A stretch of DNA of 64,000 nt. Origin: an uncultured Collinsella sp. (GTDB taxonomy: Bacteria; Actinomycetota; Coriobacteriia; Coriobacteriales; Coriobacteriaceae). The stretch lies in the NCBI GenBank assembly GCA_958436995.1, contig CAUBMI010000001.1, positions 9,068 to 73,067 on the forward strand, in the 5' to 3' direction. This document shows positions 10,781 to 18,103 of the stretch, piece after piece (positions within the stretch are counted from its first letter, which is position 1; each line of letters begins with the position of its first letter). Both the position numbers and the translations under genes were made by a program. The notes under the pieces are model-generated. The model was not told the DNA's origin. It searched no databases and saw only the letters and a list, made by a program, of their open reading frames with translations.

Positions 10781-11830
10781 TTATTTATCCGCCTCCTTGG
10801 CGGTAAAGCGCACGCGAATGTACTTGACGTTCTTGCCGATAATCTCGTCGGCGTTGTTGTAATAATTGGCGCAGGTTTCCACATCCGCAGAGGACATGCC
10901 GGCTCCGACAGGCGGAACCGCGCTAGGCGCCTGACCTGGCACGCTCGTGCTATCGGCGCGGAAATAGCACGCGTGGTTATTGTTGATGTCGCCGACGAGG
11001 GCAGTGTAACCGGCGTCTGTGCTTGCAAAAAGGTTGCCGCCGTAGCCGGCATTACCCGTGCGAACATAGCTCTTGAACTGCTCCGGCCAAATCCAGTAGA
11101 GAGTTTTGGTTGCGGTTTTGGTCGTGCTATTTGAGCCCTCAGCGCAAAAGCTCCGCGCCGGGATGGTAAAGCTCTGTGTGATGACGGTGACGCTCGCTCC
11201 GTCCTGGGTCACCGTGGTTGTCGTGGAAACCAGCGGATTGGAGTAAAAGCCAGAGGTGTCTTTGCCCTGAAAAACCAGGATATGACCGCGCACCAAATCT
11301 TTAAGCGAGTTGATGATCTCTTCGTTTTTCGATGCATCCGCAGCGGAGCCCGTGCCGACAGCACTCGTCTGGACGGAAATCTCCCAGGTCATCTCCACCG
11401 TAATATCCTGCAGGTCATTGCAGAGCGGCTTGACGTTGAGCTGAAGCTGACCGGCCGACCCCGGAGAAAGACTGCCATCGGCACTCATGTTATTGAGGTT
11501 GAAAAGATTGTTCACGGCAAGGCTTGTACTGTCCGACGCGTAGTTGTCCTGGGCGTCGTACTTGCCCGCCGTGCCGTCCTGCGTTCCCGAGAGCACAAAC
11601 CGCGGGCCCTTCGCCCCGATCGTACTCCCCGTGGCGCTCACTCGGTTGTTCGCGGCAAACCAGGCCAGGCATGCAAAGATGGCAACGATGGCGGCCAGCA
11701 CAAACAGACCACTCACCAGGAAATCCTTCCAGAAATCCTTGAGGGTCCGCACGTGCTCGTCGGCAGCTTGACGGTACTCGGCCGCCGTCTTGTGCTGCTG
11801 GAGCTCGCTATGTCGGTCCATGCCACTCAT
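10781..11830 (-). CDS. Exported protein with SipW-class signal peptide
   Basis: 349 aa; TM helix ending FACLAWF; 'LSPGSAG' motif as in camelysin/TasA-like proteins; first gene of operon. Confidence 0.7.
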   Translation of the reverse strand: MSGMDRHSELQQHKTAAEYRQAADEHVRTLKDFWKDFLVSGLFVLAAIVAIFACLAWFAANNRVSATGSTIGAKGPRFVLSGTQDGTAGKYDAQDNYASDSTSLAVNNLFNLNNMSADGSLSPGSAGQLQLNVKPLCNDLQDITVEMTWEISVQTSAVGTGSAADASKNEEIINSLKDLVRGHILVFQGKDTSGFYSNPLVSTTTTVTQDGASVTVITQSFTIPARSFCAEGSNSTTKTATKTLYWIWPEQFKSYVRTGNAGYGGNLFASTDAGYTALVGDINNNHACYFRADSTSVPGQAPSAVPPVGAGMSSADVETCANYYNNADEIIGKNVKYIRVRFTAKEADK

Positions 11831-12009
11831 CGCTTACGTTTGCCCTGCTAGCGGGCGTGCCATCCTTTCCGCTTGGTCGCGATCAATCCGTTGCTCGTAG
11901 GCATAGAATTCAGGCAGAATACAACACCATACGATAAGGTAAAAGAATAGCATTGACCTGCGGTTTGCTCCACAGCGCAAGCCTTAATGATGTCTTAAAA
12001 GTCAAACCC

Positions 12010-12078
12010 TTGGTGCAAGGGGGTCAGGTTACTTCGCACCAACATGGTGCACACAAACCTAACCCCCCCTTGCACCAA
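12010..12078. repeat. REP-like hairpin (TTGGTGCAAGGGGG...CCCCCTTGCACCAA)
   Basis: 14-bp outer stem with GGGGTCAGG tag and inner GCACCA/TGGTGC stem, downstream of the ATPase gene. Confidence 0.6.
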
Positions 12079-12117
12079 TCCGTAGCGCCGGGCGGAGAAC
12101 ACACGGCGTGGCGCCCC

Positions 12118-13422
12118 TTAACGCCCCAGCGCGCGCACGGGTATCACGTAGATACTGTCCTCGACCTCGCGGGCGTACTCACCCACCCCCACAATCACGG
12201 CCATAAACTCCGGTTCGCGTGTGCGTGAACGAGGATTTCCACAGACCTTCTTGCGAACGCGCTTGAGACTCTCGACGCCGGCGCTCGCCTTATCTTCACT
12301 CACCTTAATCTCAAAGGCGGCCCACCGTCCGTCGGCTAGCTGCACGATAGCATCGCACTCAAGGCCCGAATCGTCGCGATAATAGCGCACGGGCGTGCTA
12401 TCCAGCAGGTCGAGCGACCGCGCGTAGACCGAAAGGTCGCGTATGACCAAATTCTCAAACACCAGACCAAATGTCTGCCAGTCGGCAAGCAGCGCCTGCA
12501 AGGACATACCTAGCAAGGCGCAAGCAAGGCTCGGATCTGCCAGATATCGCTTGGGCTTGACGGTAAAGCGCCGTTTGTCGCGCGCGGCGGGAACCCAACC
12601 GGGGACCTCCTCGAGAATGAACATGCCTTTGAGGGCATCCAGGTACCTGCGCACCTTGGTCTCGTCGGCAAACGCTGCGGGTTCCTCCTCGGCACCGAAC
12701 ATATCCATAAGAATCGTTTTATACGTGGTCGCCTGTCCCAGATTGCGCGCGATCGATGCGGAGACTCGACGAGCAATATCGGGGTCGAGACCAACCGCCG
12801 GGAAGCTGCTCGAAAACGTAGTGTTGAGATATTCGCGGGCGATGAGCTGAGCGTCAGCCGAGACCATATCGATCGCCTCGGGCCAGCCGCCGCGGAAAGC
12901 GGCTTCGACAAGCCCCGGTGTATCGCCATTGCACCGGCAGGGCTCAAAACGATGCTCAAACAAGCCCGCCAGACTCACCTTGCCGTTGGACTCACCTGTC
13001 TCGGCAAGCGTCATGGGGTGCATGCGGACGCGGCCGATGCGGCCGGCTCCACTATGCGCGGGCGCCTCCGCCTTTGAGCCAAACGCAGGCGTGGCGGAAC
13101 CCGTGAGGATATAGGCGCCGCGCGTGCCCCGGGTGCGGTCAACCTCGTGTCTAACGTAGTCCCAAATCTGGGGAACGCGCTGCCACTCGTCGATAATATG
13201 CGGACGGTCTCCCAGCAACATCATCGCCGGGTCGGCACGCGCGAGGTCGAGATTCTCGTCGACATACGAGGCGGACGCCCCGTGCTCAAGCGCGGCCCAC
13301 GTCTTGCCGCACCACTTGGTGCCTGCAATCTCGACCGCGCCAAAGACGCGAAGGTAGCGCTCGATTTGCGCATCCACGATACGTGGGATGTATCCGTCCC
13401 GATGTAGCCTCTCGCCTGCCAT
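12118..13422 (-). CDS. AAA_14 ATPase with DUF4143 and C-terminal PD-(D/E)xK-like domain
   Basis: Walker A variant GTKWCGKT, Walker B IIDEWQ, ILTGS, KRYLADPSL, FENLV, YYRDDSGLECD...AFEIK. Confidence 0.9.
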   Translation of the reverse strand: MAGERLHRDGYIPRIVDAQIERYLRVFGAVEIAGTKWCGKTWAALEHGASASYVDENLDLARADPAMMLLGDRPHIIDEWQRVPQIWDYVRHEVDRTRGTRGAYILTGSATPAFGSKAEAPAHSGAGRIGRVRMHPMTLAETGESNGKVSLAGLFEHRFEPCRCNGDTPGLVEAAFRGGWPEAIDMVSADAQLIAREYLNTTFSSSFPAVGLDPDIARRVSASIARNLGQATTYKTILMDMFGAEEEPAAFADETKVRRYLDALKGMFILEEVPGWVPAARDKRRFTVKPKRYLADPSLACALLGMSLQALLADWQTFGLVFENLVIRDLSVYARSLDLLDSTPVRYYRDDSGLECDAIVQLADGRWAAFEIKVSEDKASAGVESLKRVRKKVCGNPRSRTREPEFMAVIVGVGEYAREVEDSIYVIPVRALGR

Positions 13423-13481
13423 GAGCCGCCCCCGCAGATTTCCAGGTCCTGCTTTCTGATTCTTCTATTCCACTGTAGCAA

Positions 13482-13585
13482 ATTCGGATTTTCGGGTGGT
13501 TGCGATTCGGATTTTCGTGTTCATATAATTCGGATTTTCATGTTCTAAGGATTCGGATTTTCGGGTGCTCAAGATTCGGATTTTC
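13482..13585. repeat. Five copies of ATTCGGATTTTC at an exact 23-bp period
   Basis: Copies start at 13482, 13505, 13528, 13551, 13574; 11-bp variable spacers. Confidence 0.95.
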
Positions 13586-13616
13586 TGAACCCGCTGATCA
13601 GGGACACTCTATTGGC

Positions 13617-13652
13617 AAAAAGGCGGGGAGCACCGATACGGCACTCCCCGCC
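13617..13652 (-). terminator. Rho-independent terminator after bilR-like gene
   Basis: GGCGGGGAG...CTCCCCGCC hairpin with T-tract on minus strand. Confidence 0.7.
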
Positions 13653-13678
13653 CACTCAATACGCGATAGCTTTCTTGC

Positions 13679-15709
13679 TTAGAGCTCGTTGGCCGCGTGA
13701 TACGCCGTGCGAATGGCGCTCGCAATATCGGCGGTACGCTCGCCCGAGCAGTCGCCCACGCAGGTCACGGGCACCGTCACGCCATCCAGGTCAAACGCGT
13801 TGGCCTTGGAGCCCACGGCCATCACTACGTAATCGCAGGCGATCTTCACCGGCTCCTCGGCGCCATCCTCGGTGGTACGCACGGCCTCCACGCCCTCGTC
13901 GGTAATGGCGGTCAGGCGGGTCTTCACGTGCTGCTCCACGTTGTGCTCGGCAAAATCGCTCATGATCAGTGGCAGAATGGTCTCGGACTCGCCCGCGGCA
14001 ATCTTGTCGAGCATCTCCACGATCGCCACCTCGCAGCCGTGTTGCAGCAGGTACTCGGCAGTCTCGGTGCCCACCAGGCCACCGCCAATGACGGCGACGC
14101 GGCCCGTAAGCTCCACCTTGCCGGCCAGCACGTCCCAGCTCGAGACGACCTTCTCCGAATCGGCACCGGGCACGGGAATGACCACGTCGTGCGCGCCCAC
14201 GGCCACAATCGCGGCGTCGGCGGCGTTGAGGTCCGCGGGGCTAGCGGTGTGGTTGAGCTCAACCTTCACGCCCAGGCCGGGCAGAATCTTCTCGTAGTAC
14301 TCGACCGAGCGCATGATTTCGTCCTTGCGCGGAGGCGCGGCCGCCAGCACAATCTGGCCGCCCAGATGGTCGCTCGCCTCGTAGACGGTCACGTCGTAGC
14401 CGCGCTTGGCCGCCACACGCGCGGCCTCCAGGCCGGCAATGCCGCCGCCCACCACGGCAATCTTCTTGTCGCCCTCGCCGGGCTTAATGGCGATGGTCGC
14501 CTCGTCGCCGTTCTCGGCATTGAGCACGCACGAGATGTACTGGCGGTTTTGGATCGCATCGACGCAACCCTTGTTGCAGTTGAGGCACTCGCGGATGGGC
14601 TCACCCGTGGCGGCCTTGAGCGCAATGTCGGGGTCGCACATGAGCGAGCGGCCGTACGCGACGATGTCGGCCGAACCGTCTTCCAGGATCTTCTCGCCCG
14701 CCTCGACCGAGACAACGCGGCCGACGGTTGCCACCGGCACGGAGACCAGGGCCTTGACGCGCTCGGCCACGGGCAGCGTCCAGTTGTAGGGCATGGCGCC
14801 CATGGGCGGAATGGTGTCGCCCATGTTGCCGGTGTGGTTTGCCTGCGCGACCTGGATCATATCGATGCCCGCGCCCTCGAGCAGCTTGGCAAACTCACAG
14901 GCCTCGTCGGGCTGCAGGCCGCCCTTGCCGCGCGGCGTGCCGTCGGGGTTCTCCATAATCACGGGGAGCTTGTACTCCACCATCAGCTGCGGCGCGGCCT
15001 CCTTAATGGCGGCGACGACCTCGAGCGCATAGCGAACGCGGTTCTCGAACGAGCCGCCGTACTCGTCGGTGCGCTGGTTGAGGATGGCCGAGCACAGAGA
15101 ACCCACCAGACGGTCGCCGTGGACCTCGATGGCGTCGATGCCGGCCTGCTGCGCGCGGGCGGCCGAGGCGGCGATAGCCTCCTTGATCTGGGTGAGCTGC
15201 TCCACGGTGGCCTCGTTCACAAAGTGCTGCATGTCGTGGTGCAGTTTGGCGTAGGCCTGCTTGCGGATCTCGTTGGACTCGGCCATCTTGGCGGCAAAGG
15301 TCTCCTCGTCGCCGGCGGCCTTGGCCTCCTGCGCGGCCTTGGCGGCGGCCATGGAACCCATGACCATGCGGCCGACACCGGGCACGTCGTACTCGGGATG
15401 GAACAGCTGCAGCGCGACCTTGGCACCGTGCTTGTGGACGGCGTCGGCCAGCGCCTTAAACGTGGGGATCTGGGCATCGGTCGCCAGCTTGGGCGTGGGG
15501 CTCGCGGTCATAACGGGAGCGACGTCGCCGATGACGATGTAGCTCACGCCGCCACGGGCCAGGCGCTCGTAAAAAGCCAGGCTGCGCTCGCCAATGGAAC
15601 CGTCGCGCTCCTCGTAGCCGGTGGTGAGCGGCGGGAACATAATGCGGTTCTTGAGCTCAAGGGGGCCAACCGTAATGGGCTGGAGCAGCTTAGTGGCAGG
15701 TGCGGTCAT
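13679..15709 (-). CDS. bilR: Old-yellow-enzyme/2,4-dienoyl-CoA-reductase-family flavoprotein; probable bilirubin reductase, long form
   Basis: TIM barrel with HGDR in place of HxxH; FHPEYDV, LHHDM, AQANHTGNMGDTIPPMG; 4Fe-4S motif CLNCNKGC...C; two Rossmann GGG motifs. Start may be 15715. Confidence 0.8.
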   Translation of the reverse strand: MTAPATKLLQPITVGPLELKNRIMFPPLTTGYEERDGSIGERSLAFYERLARGGVSYIVIGDVAPVMTASPTPKLATDAQIPTFKALADAVHKHGAKVALQLFHPEYDVPGVGRMVMGSMAAAKAAQEAKAAGDEETFAAKMAESNEIRKQAYAKLHHDMQHFVNEATVEQLTQIKEAIAASAARAQQAGIDAIEVHGDRLVGSLCSAILNQRTDEYGGSFENRVRYALEVVAAIKEAAPQLMVEYKLPVIMENPDGTPRGKGGLQPDEACEFAKLLEGAGIDMIQVAQANHTGNMGDTIPPMGAMPYNWTLPVAERVKALVSVPVATVGRVVSVEAGEKILEDGSADIVAYGRSLMCDPDIALKAATGEPIRECLNCNKGCVDAIQNRQYISCVLNAENGDEATIAIKPGEGDKKIAVVGGGIAGLEAARVAAKRGYDVTVYEASDHLGGQIVLAAAPPRKDEIMRSVEYYEKILPGLGVKVELNHTASPADLNAADAAIVAVGAHDVVIPVPGADSEKVVSSWDVLAGKVELTGRVAVIGGGLVGTETAEYLLQHGCEVAIVEMLDKIAAGESETILPLIMSDFAEHNVEQHVKTRLTAITDEGVEAVRTTEDGAEEPVKIACDYVVMAVGSKANAFDLDGVTVPVTCVGDCSGERTADIASAIRTAYHAANEL

Positions 15710-15850
15710 GGACATTCCTCTCTTGTAGGCGCGGCGGCGATGTTGCCGCGTAGTTGTCTAGAGGATATGGCATGGAGGTACAGCGGCACAACGAAAATCG
15801 GCGAATATCAGGTGGCGGCAGGTGGATGGAGCGGACGGCCCGTCGGTTTG

Positions 15851-16066
15851 TCTCAATCTGTAACAGTTAGGCCCTATTTTGCCGAGCAACTGTTACAGAT
15901 TGAGACGAACCAATCTAGCCTGCCGAAAGATCTAGATCTGTAACAGTTACTCAGTAAAAACCGTCCCTCGTGTTACAGATTTAGACAAACGAAGACCGTC
16001 CTGCCGAAACATCTCAATCTGTAACACCTAGCCGCTCAAATCGGGTCTAGATGTTACAGATCGAGA
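15851..16066. repeat. Alternating-orientation 15-bp motif ladder (TCTCAATCTGTAACA / TGTTACAGATTGAGA), copy 1
   Basis: Motif starts at 15851, 15891, 15931, 15971, 16012, 16052. Confidence 0.95.
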
Positions 16067-16155
16067 TTTTGTTTGAGAGGCCGAGAATTGGACCGAAAAC
16101 ACGGTCCCGGAATAACAAAAAAGCTCGCCGGCTAGGCCGACGAGCTGCAAGTTCT

Positions 16156-16232
16156 TGGTCGCGGGGGCAGGATTTGAACCTACGACCTCCGGGTTATGAG
16201 CCCGGCGAGCTACCAGACTGCTCCACCCCGCA
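16156..16232 (-). tRNA. tRNA-Met(CAT), initiator type
   Basis: 77-nt cloverleaf, anticodon arm CCGGG-CTCATAA-CCCGG (three consecutive G-C pairs), GGTTCAAATCC T-arm, encoded CCA; terminator hairpin at ~16117-16146. Confidence 0.95.
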
Positions 16233-16429
16233 ATGTCTGGACGCCTCATGTGCGCAAGAAAGAATATTACGCGGGAGTTCGGTAAGCGGCAAGGAAAATC
16301 TCGTAGAGCATAATTCCTTCATATTTAGAACTCCTCAGCCCCTATCACCGTGAACGAATCGCAGCCGAGCGCCGCCGGCGGCACGTATACAATGGTGCGC
16401 GTCCTTTTACGCCGACACCGGGAGTAGAC

Positions 16430-17278
16430 ATGCTGCTCGCTATCGATATGGGAAACACGCAGACGGCCATGGGTCTGTTTGACGGAGACGAGCTGGTGCA
16501 GTCGTGGCGCATGCCCACCGACCGCTCCTATACCGCCGACGAGATCCACGTGCGCCTGATGGGTTTCTTTAAGATGTACGACCTCTCGCTCGGCGCGGTC
16601 GACGCGATCGCCTTTGCCGGCGTGGTGCCGCAGCTCTCGCGCGAGTGGCACGCCGTGGCCAACCGCATCGCGGCAGACGCCATCGTCATTGGGCCGCAGA
16701 CGGCGGCCGTGACCAAGCTGCGGGCAGCGCGCCCCCAGGCCGTTGGTGCCGACCGCATCGCCAACGCCGTCGCTGCCGAGACCTTCTACGGCGCCCCGGC
16801 GATCGTGGTGGACTTTGGCACCGCAACCAATATCGACGTCATCGACGAGGACGGTTATTACATTGGCGGAGCGATCGCGCCGGGTATCCGCATCTCCATG
16901 GACGCGCTCGCCGCCCGAGCCGCCAAGCTCGCCAGCGTGCCGCTCGAGGCGCCCGAGCATGCCATCGGCCGCGATACCGAGGAGTGCATCAAGGTCGGCG
17001 CCGTAACGGGCGCCGCCGCCATGGCCGAGGGCCTGGTCACGCGCATGAAGCGCGAGCTGGGGCGCGAGGACGCCACCGTTATCGCCACGGGCGGCCTCGC
17101 CAGCATCGTCGCCGATTCGACTGATGCCTTCGACATAGTCGACGGCCAGCTCACCATCAAGGGCATCTGCGAAATCTACCGCCGCATGCAGAAGCTGGGG
17201 GTAAAACAGGGACATAAGTCGAGCACGCCCGATGTCACAGCCCCGCAAACGTTCGCCAAGCCTATTCCTCAAAACTGA
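16430..17278 (+). CDS. coaX: Type III pantothenate kinase
   Basis: LLAIDMGNT, GADRIAN, VVDFGTAT, GGAIAPG, ATGG motifs. Confidence 0.93.
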   Translation: MLLAIDMGNTQTAMGLFDGDELVQSWRMPTDRSYTADEIHVRLMGFFKMYDLSLGAVDAIAFAGVVPQLSREWHAVANRIAADAIVIGPQTAAVTKLRAARPQAVGADRIANAVAAETFYGAPAIVVDFGTATNIDVIDEDGYYIGGAIAPGIRISMDALAARAAKLASVPLEAPEHAIGRDTEECIKVGAVTGAAAMAEGLVTRMKRELGREDATVIATGGLASIVADSTDAFDIVDGQLTIKGICEIYRRMQKLGVKQGHKSSTPDVTAPQTFAKPIPQN

Positions 17279-17303
17279 AAAATTTTCAATTTTGAGGAAT
17301 AGG
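17261..17303. repeat. AT-rich palindrome/possible bidirectional terminator between convergent genes
   Basis: CCTATTCCTCAAAA...TTTTGAGGAATAGG perfect 14-bp arms, overlapping the coaX stop. Confidence 0.7.
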
Positions 17304-17401
17304 GCGCTGGCAACCCATTCACCAGATAGGCGAAACCCTCCCCGGCACAGGCCGAAGAGGGCTTCGTTGTCATCGTTATCTTTGAGCGCGGGCGCCTCGC
17401 G

Positions 17402-18103
17402 TTACAGTCCGCGAATCCGTACGGCCTCGGGCGGAAACTCCTGCTCGCCGGCATCGGTCTTGATGGTCGCGCGGCCCCAGATGTCCAGGCCCGCAAACAC
17501 ACCGACTGCGAGCGGCAAGCCGTTGGGCGACACCGCCGCGACCTGACGACCCAGCAGTGGCACCATGTCAAAGTACTCGCCCAGCACCGGAGCCAGCGGG
17601 CCGGCAGCGCCCTGCGGCGTGTTGGCGGCAACCGCCCAGGCGTCAACGCGGGTCAGCACAGCGGCGGCCAATGCCTCGATCAGCGCCTCATCTGCCATAT
17701 CCACGCCAAGCTCACCCAGCGCCGCACGCTCAATATCAACCGTCACCGCGGCAAACATGCCCGCAGCACCGGCACCGCCGTTCACGGCAACACGCGCGAG
17801 CGACGCCTCAAACGCAGGCGCACCGCACACGATATCGCTCGGCCACTGGATACCCACTTTACCGGCAAGGCCCAACCCCGGCGTCGAAGCCGTGCCCACG
17901 AGCGCGTCCATCATGCCCATCGCGGCCACAAACGGCAGGCCGTGGAAGGCATGCATGTTCACATCGGGGCGCACAACCAGCGAAAACGTCAGCGAAGCAT
18001 CGCCCACGCTCCACGCGCACCAGCCCGCGGACACGCCCTCGCGGCCCGCGTCACGCGCCGCGTCGAGCTCGGTACCGGCGACAACAGCATTCATCTCGAT
18101 CAT
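17402..18103 (-). CDS. Degenerate biotin-protein ligase (BirA/BPL)-like protein
   Basis: LTFSLVVRP, IQWPSDIV (cf. KWPND), C-terminal LLGRQV...GLDIWGR SH3-like domain; lacks GRGR and KxxGIL. Confidence 0.65.
   Translation of the reverse strand: MIEMNAVVAGTELDAARDAGREGVSAGWCAWSVGDASLTFSLVVRPDVNMHAFHGLPFVAAMGMMDALVGTASTPGLGLAGKVGIQWPSDIVCGAPAFEASLARVAVNGGAGAAGMFAAVTVDIERAALGELGVDMADEALIEALAAAVLTRVDAWAVAANTPQGAAGPLAPVLGEYFDMVPLLGRQVAAVSPNGLPLAVGVFAGLDIWGRATIKTDAGEQEFPPEAVRIRGL

Noticed and set aside
13697..15943. 748-aa plus-strand ORF and similar long antisense ORFs (25523-27169, 43173-44909, 48632-50287, 60708-62816)
   Set aside because: High-GC codon-bias shadows opposite well-supported genes
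15851..16066. CRISPR array interpretation of the ladders and the 23-bp array
   Set aside because: Repeats are only 12-15 bp, the ladders alternate in orientation, spacers are too short, and no cas genes are in the window
11830..16232. tRNA-anchored integrative element or prophage
   Set aside because: No integrase, phage genes or duplicated tRNA 3' end (att) found within the window
16028..16353. Short ORFs spanning the tRNA
   Set aside because: Translations of the tRNA-Met sequence
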